From: Catajapyx aquilonaris
Taxonomy: Eukaryota
Direction: 5' to 3'
Assembly (NCBI GenBank): GCA_000934665.2
Contig: JYFJ02000862.1
Span: 62,001 to 104,117, forward strand
Length of the DNA: 42,117 bases
A model generated the notes under the pieces. The model was not told the DNA's origin. It saw only the letters and a program-made list of their open reading frames with translations, and did no database searches. Both the position numbers and the translations under genes were made by a program. Shown piece by piece: positions 12,833 to 24,801 of the stretch; positions within the stretch are counted from its first letter, which is position 1; each line of letters starts with the position of its first letter.

Positions 12833-12969
12833 CATGGTGACTCTAAATCGAAAGTCAGGATAAGTACGTAATTGGATTGTACTGTTGGTTTCCAAAGAAT
12901 GAGTTGGCACAACTGGCAACCAACAATACCATTCAATCACGTATGTATCCAGACTTTAGAATCACCCTG
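12833..12969. mobile_element. Palindromic Tc1/mariner-type MITE (137 bp)
   Basis: TA-flanked. Left CATGGTGACTCTAAA[tcgaaa]GTCAGGATAAGTACGTAATTGGATTGTACTGTTGGTTTCCA aligns with revcomp right CAGGGTGATTCTAAAGTCTGGATACATACGTGATTGAATGGTATTGTTGGTTGCCA. Confidence 0.78.
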
Positions 12970-15900
12970 TATATGAAGTGATCAGCAGGCCCTTGAATGT
13001 TGCATTTCGATGAAGGTCTTCGATTACACTGCATGTGACATCATTTCGAGTACATGCCCTTCAGAATAATTGCAATGCAAGAACACAGGGATTTCAAAGA
13101 AATGACATCCAGCCTCATTTTTCTATACCATCTGAAACTAATGGCTTAATTATGATATAGCCTTATACTTCAATAACCAAATGACTCATTCTTCCGCGCT
13201 TATTATATATGGCATGAAAAATCCATGCGGACGGCCTCTGTTTTTAATAATACCCCTAATGCAATAAGGACAGCATGAATCATTCATCTTCAAAAAAATG
13301 CATTTTCCAGTTCAATTAATATTCAAGGCGATACGTGTGCCTAATGTGATGCAAGTAACCAATATTAGATATGACCAACAGATCTTTGACTAACAGAAAA
13401 ATGTGAATGTAAGTGTCAGTGACACTCAGCAAAATCTAATCTCATACTCGTGCCCAAGCCCTTATTTCCTCTGGGGTTAGTTGTGGGATGTATAGGCTAC
13501 TGTATTCTATAAATTGATATGATAGCTTCTAGGAAAGCCAGTGTGCCACATCCTTGCCATCAAATACTGCATACTCCACAGATTTCCTCAAACCACGATA
13601 AGATTTGCTACGTCATTATAGGGTCGCCTTAAAAATTACGCTCTTCTATACCATCGACTATATCCGAATAAACGTGACGTTGTACACATAAACAAAGCGG
13701 TTCGTACCATTACAGACTGTACAGTGCGCTTCATTACCATGTGTGTTTTAGGTCAACCATAACTCACATGCAAAAAAAAGGAGTACGGATGAAGTATAAA
13801 CCTCAGCATGCTCATTAGATACGCCAATTATTTTCCAGGAAAGAACACGCAGGCCCAAATTTGCAAGCCCAACAACGACACAGACGTTGAGTACTTAATA
13901 CGCGGGTCTAACCCACATAAATAAATAGACCCAGAGGCCTAAATCACTCCTCATACATGATATGTTTATGCACCTCGCCTGCACCCAACTCCTCGCCTTC
14001 TCTCCCCCTGAAAAATCTCAAGGCGATCACGATTATGTGTGATTTTTTTTTAATCTTATTTTTCTCAGTGAGATGTCATGGAGAGGGACCATTCGCACGC
14101 AGGTTTTTCGGGTGCGCCATGCTGGGCCAACCTCCATAAATTTCCCCAAGAGCAATGGAGCCTTCTTATCGGACGAAAATCACTAGCCTTACGTGCAAAG
14201 CAATCCTGTGCTGGCGATGATGGCTACGTGATTTATAACGAAACAAGGCTTTCTTTAAGGAAAATACACCACGGATTCGATCCCAAATTGGAATTGCGCG
14301 AGTGATTGGCACGTCATCCAGAAATAATATGAACTTGTCAATGGTGTTACAATATGGCAACCTCGCTCAGACAGACAGCTTTCATCACTCAGCTGGTGCA
14401 ATAAATTATTTTCCTGCAAAAACAATGTGTCTACTGCTTACCCAACGCCGCGATAGCTATTACAACACTTGGCTATATATGAACTGGCCGTGGAACAACT
14501 TGGCAACCTTGTGTCTATACTCAATCTTGGGACACTCAGATTGACAAACTTGGAGTATGCCACTTGCATAATAAAACTGTAATGGACTGATAAGATCCCT
14601 CTAGAGAGGTCCAGTCGCATCTAGTCTTTTGGCTGTGGGGGGAAAAAATGTGGTGTGCTACAGTGAACAAAAAGCTGCAGTGCTCAATATTGTTAGAACC
14701 GGCAACAGGCCTCAGATGAATGATTGTTCCCAGCAATGTCTAAGCTCAAAATTGGGCAAACATGGAGCCGGACGAAAAATGTAACATATAATTAGGGCGT
14801 AAATGCCCATTTTTAATTATTTTATATAGTCGGAACAATTCATGCTTCGTCAATTTATTCGCGTATTTTCCACGTCCCATCCTTGATTAATTTTATTGCA
14901 GGTCAATGGCATGATAGGACTGTCAAACACCTATATACCCACCACCAGCGGATGGACACAATCCATTACTCGCAACAATTAACCTAATAATAAAAAGGGG
15001 AGATTGACGTCAGTACATAGGTTCCATTAGTGGACATGCGACATTCAGAGGTCACCACGAGCGACTATTGTGCCAGCATCCACTATATACGCATGCCTAC
15101 ATATCTCTCCTAAGAGAGTCTATAACCCCATGCAAGATAAGGTGCAGGCCGGGGTCTCCCCCCCTCCTGTATTGCCGAAATGGGCGCCCGTAGCAATTAC
15201 GAACAATGCTGCGGAGTGCGAAACGCGAATACAAATGCTTCATTTTCGCCGTTTAATTCCATCACTCTCCAAACCAACGCTTGGGCTTCCATGTCGTTGG
15301 ATGAATGAGCTGTTTGGTTGCTAATGGCCGAGTCCAAACTTCACCCCTACCGCCAGTTTTCACCCCCCCTTCGTAGTTCTCGTTCCATCATTAACCGAAC
15401 CCCCAGTCATAAGCATTAAATTGGAATCAGGGAATGTGATTACATAATCACTCAATTATTTGGCGTGAAATGGGATCCCCCACCCCCATGGTCCATAGGC
15501 TGCTGACATCAAACTTTACGTCGCGGTCAGTATGCTCCGGATAAGACGGTTTTAAAACTCTGGTGGCAAACCTGGTAAAGAGAGAATCTTCTTCTTCTTC
15601 TTCTTCCGGGCTGTTTGGCAAGGTCAGCGCACGGTACACAGAACGTCAGCGACCTGGAAAATGCCCGGCAAAAGTCCCCCCCCCCCCCCCCCTTTNCCTC
15701 TTTCAGTCATGGGAGTGAAAAGTTGCGCACCGTAAAAGGCACAACGGCAGTAAAATAGAGCTGCAGGTGAGCCAACTGATCCGAGCGACAACACCTTTCA
15801 GCAACGCACCCAACCGCTGACACTCACATTTTTGGTTTGCGGCAGGCCATAAATTACGTACCGTAAAGCAACACACTTCTGTATATATTTTTTTGAGGCT

Positions 15901-16092
15901 GCCAAGTTCTATGTAATCCATGGTACAGTCGGTGATATGTAACCATTTACCATTCCTGAATTAAATTGATAACAAAAAAATATACGCCAATATTCAAATC
16001 AGGAGTTCCAAATTACTGTGCGGCGGCAAAGACATTATTTCTACAGAAGTACTCTTATTGTATAATACTATATCACGAGTGGATTCTTTTGT

Positions 16093-16213
16093 CTGATTGC
16101 ACCAACGGAATTACCGATCCGATAGCTTCTAACAGATCGTTAGGACACCCTTTTAACGTGTGCTAATGATCTGTTAGGAACTTTCGAATCGGTAATTTCG
16201 TTGGTGCAATCAG
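16093..16213. repeat. Long inverted repeat/hairpin, 56-bp arms with 9-nt loop (probable MITE, possibly PIF/Harbinger-like)
   Basis: 16093-16148 versus revcomp of 16158-16213: 49/56 identical with no gaps. Both arms begin CTGATTGCACCAACG. Confidence 0.9.
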
Positions 16214-17002
16214 GAATTTGACTATTATCATGTTTTCCTTTGTCATCTCTTTTAGATACGAGGGTATTTCAGTAGTTTTGTGCTCAATTTCAATAGTTTT
16301 CATTATTCCTACGCTTAAGCTAGCATGTACTTTTTCTTGATTGGAAATCTCAGGTAGATTTACTAAATCAATTATATCCATGGCATTGATTGAAATATTT
16401 TTATTGCAATCACCGAAAAAATCAAGTCATTGGTGTGAACGTGGTTCTTTCGTTTTCTTCCACTTTCCGACTCTATCATCACGTTATGTTTTAACAGTAT
16501 GAGAATTTTAAATAAAAGATCCTCAAAGCTGCCACGTGCTGTTAATTAATTATAATGCTACACAATGATGTTTTTCTTCCCCCCCCCCCCCCTCCCTCCT
16601 TTTCACCCTTTGTTATGAAAGTGTATTGTTTACATGTTTACACGCCTTGTTAGATGTGTTCTTGAGCCATGATTGTAAACCAGAAGATGCCATACCAGTA
16701 ATATGAAAGGCGAAAAATATTAATTTATTATCATGTGTCTCTTCATTAAAAAAGAGACGTTCCCCCTGAAACTTTGATGAGGCATAATTGACGTAAATTA
16801 AATAAACAACGAACAAACACACACACACGTGCCCATTAAACGGTNCCTCTCTTTATGACACACCATGATTTATGCCTGCGAGTGCACAGTGTGCTGGGTG
16901 CCTGCCACGGAGAAGAAATTAGAAGTCATGGGGTCCTCCTCCATGGGTCTCACCTCTCGGCAGCATCGATCACGACGGATCCAGTGACAGAGTTGGTTTG
17001 GA

Positions 17003-17029
17003 GGGTGGGAGGGTGGGTTGGAGGGTGGG
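17003..17029 (+). other. G-quadruplex-forming motif
   Basis: GGGTGGGAGGGTGGGTTGGAGGGTGGG: six G3 runs, the first four with 1-nt loops. Confidence 0.75.
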
Positions 17030-17770
17030 TAGAGAGCAGGGTTCTCTTTGGCTCCCCGAAGGACTAGGCATCGATCCGAAGAGGGTGCTCCGGAGGGCAA
17101 GCGCTATATTGCCGACGGCACTCTGGGATATGCACTGCCTCCCCTTCCCCCTCCTTCCCCCATCTCCCTACCCTCCAACCTCTTGTATATAGTCCAATTG
17201 GGGGGCGCCAAAATGGTACGCGGCGACCGACATCATGTATAGGAGTAAACTAGCGACGTGCCGACGGCCACAACTCAAACTATCATCAAGCCAAGTGCCG
17301 ACGCTCTGACTTGTGCCCGACGGCTGATAAGTGTCGGTGTCGGGTATATGCCACTTTTTATACTACATATAGGAAGGAGTAGGAGGGACCCCCTACGACT
17401 AATGGCATCGATTGTTGCAGGGTTCAGTGTTTTTTTTAAACTCCAAGCTGGCATTCCCCCCCCCGTATAACAGAGGGGAGGACGGAAAAGTCATTTTTTC
17501 TGAATAAAATTTGTAACATAACGTACCAAAATCAGGGTAGTAAATCCTGCATATGAACAGGTTTTACATGATATGAAAATTTGTCAATCTTAAAACAGTT
17601 GAATCCGGATATAACTTTTCAGTGAAGAGGCACATGAAAATAAATATTAATATTTTCAGCCTTCCATATTACTTGTATATAGTATCCTCTGGTTTACAAT
17701 CATGGCCCAAGAACACATCTAATAAGGTGTGTAAACATGAAACAATACACTTTCATAACAAAGGGTGAAA

Positions 17771-17858
17771 AGGAGGAGGAAGAGGAGGAAGAGGAGGAGG
17801 AGGAGGAGGAGGAGGAGGAGGAGGAGGAGTGTGTGTGTGTGTGAGAGAGAGAGAGAGA
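17771..17858. repeat. Compound microsatellite (GAG)n-(GT)n-(GA)n
   Basis: Directly visible. It produces the poly-Arg and poly-Ser pseudo-ORFs at 17700-17971. Confidence 0.97.
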
Positions 17859-18184
17859 ACAGGGAGAGAAAAGGATCCGCGGAAAAAGTCTATTATAATC
17901 GAGGTATGTTACAGCCCAAATCACCACTCCCAGCGAATACACAACGTTTTCTGCTTCCTACATGCTTATAATGCACACTACTCCATACTGATTAATGAAA
18001 TCCATCAAAAAAAATGCAATATTAGCTCACCCCAAAATCATGCAAGACAAAAAAAAACAATAAAAACACACACATCTGCCAATTTTATAATTACCAAAAA
18101 GTCCGTATGTTCCCTTCGAGGTATGTTATACCTAAGGTGAGGTGAAACTGAGTATTTTATATCAGGAGTAAAAACACATAAGGC

Positions 18185-18257
18185 CTTATGGAAGTTTGCC
18201 GGGACCTGCCTTTCGAGTCTGTTATAACCGAAAGTCGGTTACAGCGGGATTCAACTG
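18185..18257 (-). mobile_element. Solo pogo/Tigger-like terminus (fragment)
   Basis: Minus strand reads TA|CAGTTGAATCCCGCTGTAACCGACTTTCGGTTATAAC, a Tigger-style TA-CAGT end with repeated T(A/G)TAAC subterminal motifs. No partner TIR found. Confidence 0.45.
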
Positions 18258-18916
18258 TAATAACAGTGTAAAGCATCAGGCTGAAAGTCTCGCACATCTG
18301 AATAAAAATGTAGATTGAATTTTTCTGCATGTTATTAGTATGATTATGTGAAAAGCCCAAACTTGAGTGTGCGTGAAGAAATGAGCGATCTTGGACTAAT
18401 TGAATTTTACTGTAATTAAAAAGAGAGAGAGCAGCAGCAGTGGGAAAAGTTTCAAGCGATTCATATTGAAGAATCCCATTTGGATTTTTATGAATGTCTA
18501 TATAGGTAAAGCTGGGGGCAGGTACAGCAGCCATTTAATTAAACATCAATGGTCGTCTCTTCGGAACCTCTGAAAACCTGGTTCTTATACAAGTAACAGA
18601 GAGAGCTGGATGAAACCATAGCGACTTCAAACAGTTGCGTTGGGCTTAAATGGACAAGCCATTAGCCCCTCTCATGGAGACAATACATCACGAACAATGC
18701 GGTTGTTACGCGTTATGACTTGGCCGTACATAAGTTACGTACAGAAAGGCCACGCAGAAAATGTCACATTATTTATATCCCTGCTGGAAAAAAAACCCCA
18801 GATCGTTCAAAAGTGTACTGCGTAAAACTAAAAACAGACCGGTACAGACATAGCATTTTAAAGGTTTCAAATGCACGATATCCTCTTACATTTACTTCAA
18901 GATGAGCACAGGCACA

Positions 18917-18955
18917 AAAACTTCATTCCCTAGTAACTATAGGGAATGAAGTTTT
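18917..18955. repeat. Perfect 16-bp inverted repeat with 7-nt loop
   Basis: AAAACTTCATTCCCTA-gtaacta-TAGGGAATGAAGTTTT. Confidence 0.92.
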
Positions 18956-21900
18956 GAGTTCAAAGAAAAAAGTTACCATAGATTGCTTAGCCCAGCAACC
19001 AGTAACTAGCAATAAACAGGATCACGTTTCCTTATGTATTGTATTACTATTTGTTTTCAAACTGCTGATTGTGGGGTAAACAAGTCATAAGTTTTCCCTT
19101 GAACTGGGGACTCGGGCAGTGTAACACCATGCTAATGGTTTAAAAAATGACTATTTTTACCTGTGGTCCACACATAAACCCGAAGATGCAACATACTGTA
19201 AAAATGTTTTACAAAATTCTGACATTAGATATTTCTGAGTACCGGTACACACGTCTAGATCTTGGACATGAGCTTTTTAATAAATTCATTGTCTCCATGT
19301 CAAATCTAGTTTTACGATAGTTTTATTCTCATCCTGGAAGAAAAAAAATACTCAAATTCACGTGTAATCCTTCAATAAATGATGACTACAAGAAGCAGTG
19401 AAAGTTCAGTGCCTATACATATTTAATTCTCTTCAGAACTGCTCAGATAACCTCCTACAATTGCACGAATATTTCCAGATTTGCGGAGACGTATAAGAGA
19501 CGAGCAGTGAAAATGATCAAAATCGCTTCAAGGTCAAACTCATACTATGTGCCACAGTAGAGTCTCCTTCCTTCAATAAAAATCGGTTCTGCTTATGCAC
19601 ATGTGCAGGCAGTCGCACCTGTTGCAACAAAAGGGGATCAACCAACATGCACCTTGACCAGAAATCGAATTTTAGAGAGCCACAATGCCCACTGAAACTG
19701 GATTATTGGCTAAATCGTTCTGAATAATTTGCATTAATTGAGAGAAGACTATGCCTGAAATTACGTATACTTTGTAATAAAACAACCGTAGGAGGAATAA
19801 CACAGGATGTTAGTCAATAACCACAATAATCAAACAATGCTTATTTTAAAGGTGGCATCCGATAAATCAAGTATATAGGCAATTCAAATATTTAGTGATG
19901 ATTAATTAACTGATGCATCTTGTATTTGGGCCGAGAATTATACCAAAACATTTCCAAACTGAATAGGTGCCAGAATAACAACGAATAATTAGATTTTATT
20001 TCAAAGCGACGTCCAGAATTCAAATCGCAACATATCACATTACCTCTATGTACAATGCTAATAGTACCCCTTATGGTTACGCTGTATTGTCTCGCTCGCA
20101 GGCCTTTCCGATGGCATAACCCTACACTATGAATTCCCGTCCCTAACACCCACCTAATCATTATGCAGCTACTGAACAAAGAGCTGCTAACAATTCATAA
20201 AGCATGTATAATATTTAGATACTCAGTCGCGCCGTATGCGTGTATACAAATATTATGACTATTAAAATAACTACTGTAGTAAGCAGTTCATAAGTAAGGG
20301 CTCAAGGCCAAGGACACGAGTACTGTACAGTAAATGCAGTAATACCGAGTGTCGGTATACACACAATTGTCACATTTGTTAAACTGCCCACCAAGTAACA
20401 TGAGAGTAGCTGGCTATATGGATATATGATAAATCTATGCGGCAAGGAAAAATAATATTCAACTTGTGTCGTGATGGAATATTCCCAGAAAGTCATATAA
20501 TTTTTTGCGATAATTATGAAATCCCGACGATATAGAACATGCAGGACACATTGTGATGTCCCGTGCGCCATAATTACGCCCCTCAAAATACTAGACTTCC
20601 AAAATGACAACACCAGTTTTTTAAAAAATGTCCCCTTTACAAAACCCCCTCTAATGAAGAACCCCTTATCAAACAATTGCACCATTAGCAACACAGCTTC
20701 GCATAGTCCACTGGAAAAACTATGATAAAAAAGAAACATTCTAGCCCTGTCATATTTACTATAAAGGGACTTTTGACTTTAATTAAAAACTGCAGGCTAT
20801 AATTATAGTACAGTTGGACACAATTACCAGTCCCTAACACGTATGCCACTACACTATTTTCAGAAGTGAATTGTGCAAAAATCAGAGCACAGCTGGTGTT
20901 AAAATAATATTCTGTTCCTGCCTTTTTGCTAAACAATAACAAACGATTTCTATGCAAAAATACAATGCACAGAATGCTAATTAAAATTACGGTTTTCTCT
21001 AAAAAAATTATACCGCCAGCACAAATGTGGAATGTACAACTTAATTTATCCAACATAATTTGACATTTCTTGTTAATCACTAGTGAAATTAGCAGCTATA
21101 TCTGATTATTTAATTTAGCACGATATTGGTCACCTCCTTGTCACTTCTACATACTGGCAACACAAACGATCCAAACTCTGAAATTAAATTAAAGTAACCA
21201 GTCATGGCCGTGTAACACCAGTACCATCTAGTCAAGATTTAACAGCCTCTCACTTGTCAGCATAACTCACTCGTCAACCTCCCTTCAGAGGCAGCAAATG
21301 AGCATCGCTGTGGACGCTATGCTTATCTGCCACACAACCTGTGCATCCAAACTGGAAGCAGTATACAGTAACGCTGCTGGTATCTAAAAATACTCGCCAA
21401 ATGAATCCCATCTCAAGTTGCGTTTCATCATTCAACCTGCGCAGCCCTGTCAGTGTTTCCGATCATGCCTGGAAGCAGCACACGTCGGATTATCTTCATC
21501 AATTCTGATCACCGTTAATGAAGTCTGCGACTTTAGCACAGGCCCGGTTATTATATCGAACGTGTCCGCTGCACTTTATTTTGCACACACACACACACAG
21601 CAAAAAATTCTCCGCAATTTTCTTCCCCTTGCATACTAATCCCTGGGCCATGTCTGCGCAAAAATGCTAATCGTCAGCCATCGATCCTGTTGCTCATCCA
21701 GCTAATAAACACGTTTGTCCCCCGACGGCTTACCCTTTGACCCCAGCTACGGAACAGGTAGCTTTTTTACCCAGCTACCAGCCTTTTTGGTGGCAAGTCT
21801 CTTGGTCCATCCCCCGAAGGCAATGTCTGTGGTTCCTGGGTTCCATCCTTCCCATCTTTTTCTTTTCTTAAAAAAAAAAAAACTTAGCAGGTGAGTGACC

Positions 21901-24697
21901 CTGCAACGCTGCACGACTACCCATATCTTTTAATAAAAATTTTCAGCTGTATTCCTCCGGTCTACCCCCAAAATGATTGGTTACATGCGCGTTTTCTGAT
22001 AGAACAAGCGCTTCCTCATTCGCCAAGCAAATTTCGGATGGCACGATAAGGTGTGGTTGAAGGTAAAGGTAGAACCCCACAGAACACGCGGTAAAACCAG
22101 AAAAGCGGGGCATCGCTCACGAGCCCTCACGTGACTGGCTCATCATTTGGGTCTCTCTGGCGCGGTAAAGAATCTTTTAGGAAAAGGAGGAGGGCTCCTC
22201 TCAGATGCTGGCCAACCTCTGATCGCGGTGGGTGCTGTCTTCTTCAGGCCAAGATAACGACCGCCGGTGTGATTTAGAGTGACTTTTTTTATTTTTTTAT
22301 TTTCGGAGGTGGACAAAGTATGCGGAGGTCCTGATGATCACGTGGTCACGAGGGACACTGCGCCCTGCTGACGTCGGATGTTGGCATACCGACCACCTTC
22401 GAGCGCAGGTAAGTCACACCGGATACACCAAGGACTTTGACACTTTGGTACTTATTGTCAACGGTGTTTAAAGGACAGAGTATGACGTGGCCTTGTAAGA
22501 AACTGTAATAGGGGGAGGGGCGTTGAAGGTAATGTTTGCAGGTGGTTAGCGGGTTGGAGGGAGCGTGTGAGTACACGCGTACTGGCCAGCTGGTTCAGGA
22601 AATTATGTAACTTCCAAACTTGATCCACCAAAAGAAGCAAAAAAAAATTGGACTCGACTATGTGCAGGTGCTTTGATACGATTCAATAAAAAAAATGACA
22701 GCTCGAGTCAATTGGTCAAATTTGAGCAAAAAACTTGCTTAAAATAATTGAAAGAATACGTACTATAGCCTGATGATTACTGATATAACAGAATGTCCGA
22801 AAATTTGGCTCTGAATCGTCACATTACAGCTGTACCTATATAAATAAAGATACCAGTGGGGGCAGTGTAGCATGGCTTACACGCTAATATCAGTAATCAC
22901 GTGAACGTAAAGGCAATATGCGAACTGTGCTGCTAACATGCATGTGTAATAGTCATAACATTGCGTACAGTACGGCCTTTGTGCGCGTTGGGATTGATTG
23001 CTTACCTTATGTATTATTAAGAGCTAGCCAATCGATAATTGCGTCGGTGCTTGAGTCCACTCTGGAAGATGCCTATCAAACTGCAAGTTATGGCTCAAAT
23101 TACAACCTGAGGGTAAGATGGCATAAAAATGTGCGCGCGTGCAGGTGAATTATGCCTAATTACTAATTCACAGCTCATATATAGCCAGCAGGTGCTTCCC
23201 ACATTGCAGTAATATGCTGGCCAAACCGTTTCCATCGCGCTCTCTTCCCGAATTCACATAAAACCGGTCCCACGTATCGCATTCGTTACGCATTTTCACA
23301 CCTGCGACCTTCAAATACCTGCGAATATGAGGAACTGCAAACTGGGTGCTTCAACCTACCGCTACTAAATGCTTTAATGAAACCTGACAAGCAGTAAAAA
23401 AGAAAAATGATTGATTCTGATTATGCCCTGTACTTCCTGGACAATAATTACACTGTCAATTGTTATGATAAAATACGCCACAAATCTATGGACCTTGTTA
23501 TACTGTAAGCCTATCTCAATTAATAGGGGCCTGTTCGCGATCGCAATATCACTTATTTAGCATAAAATTTGTACTCATATTGGGTTTTAAATGGCTAAGG
23601 GAGGTTGAATTGAATAATTCGGCAGTACATCAAGAGGCTTTTCCCCGGCTCTTCGCAAACAAAAAAAAGAGAGAGATAAAGGGTCCTTGATTTGAGCTCA
23701 AAAAACCCCCTACGGCTCTCTTCGTCCACTTTTCAACTAGGTGGACCTGCCATGGGTTTATATCCCAGAAGAGCAAGTGCCATTGACCAACGCCAAGGAC
23801 GCACCCTTGACCTTTTTTTGTGCATGTTGTATACCATTGCGCCGGATTGACAGCAACAGGCTCAACTGGACCACTTCCCCCATCAACACTGACCAACTTA
23901 CCATTTAACCTAGAGCTAAAGCAGAATTCTCTACTGCCAACATGGAGGTCAACAGTTGGCCTCGAACTTGACGTTACCTTTCACAATACGTGCGAAAGTG
24001 TGACATTAGATGACAACATTTTAAATACTTGTACACTCCTTCAGGTGTATGTTTCAAACTCAATGTACGTATATAAACATGTTTGAAAAATTCTGTCCAT
24101 AGAACCACAGAGTTGGTCAGTCCAAAAAAAAAACGAGTCCAATCGATAGTGCTTATATGGTGCATACGTGATAAAACTGGGTAACACGAGATATCTGACC
24201 AGAGACCGGATTATTCCCCCGGATCCCACATCCGCAAGACTTAATTGCCTTTCGGCCACTACCGGGAATAAACAGGGAAATAATGAAGCCCCTTTTGGTA
24301 GCAAGTGCTAGCTGGCGGTGCCCAGGAGGATCAGGAATGATTATATGGCGAGTTATTTGGCGAATTTCTCTTCACCTCCATCTTCTCTGGACCTTGGCTA
24401 TGCACCCGCTGGGGGGGTTAATAAATGTTACAAAACCCCCTCTGGATGGCCTGACCTAGTTTCCTTCCTGCTAAGGCACCATATTTGCTGGGAAATATGA
24501 CGGGGAGTGAGGACTATATTCTTCACGATAATGACATTTTCTTTGCGAAAGGTGAAGGTGCAAGTGCTGGTGGTCAAGTTGCATGCGAGGTGCACACAAT
24601 TTTTAAAAACATGTCGCATAAAAATTACTGCGCATGCAAAATGTGCTGGATCAGGTGAGTCAGCATGTCGACAATTATTTGGCTATAGTTTGGCCCC

Positions 24698-24801
24698 AAT
24701 AAAGTCTAAAATGTAAGTGTGAAAAATATCCAGAATGTCGGTCAAACGCGACCACCCGTTGCTTTCTGGACATTTCTTACCCCCTACATTTTACCTTTAT
24801 T
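24698..24801. repeat. Degenerate inverted repeat (old MITE-like hairpin)
   Basis: AATAAAG..TAAAATGTA..AAAT.TCCAGAA on the left matches the revcomp of the right arm, AATAAAGGTAAAATGTAGGGGGTAAGAAATGTCCAGAA. Confidence 0.6.

Noticed and set aside
15676..15700. C17 run with an N at 15696
   Set aside because: This is sequencing or assembly ambiguity next to a homopolymer, not biology.
16163..16381. 72-aa protein-like ORF MDIIDLVNLPEISNQ...
   Set aside because: No recognisable domain, AT-rich, and its 3' end runs into one arm of the 56-bp inverted repeat.
17700..17971. Poly-Arg (protamine-like) and poly-Ser ORFs
   Set aside because: These are translations of a (GAG)n(GT)n(GA)n microsatellite.
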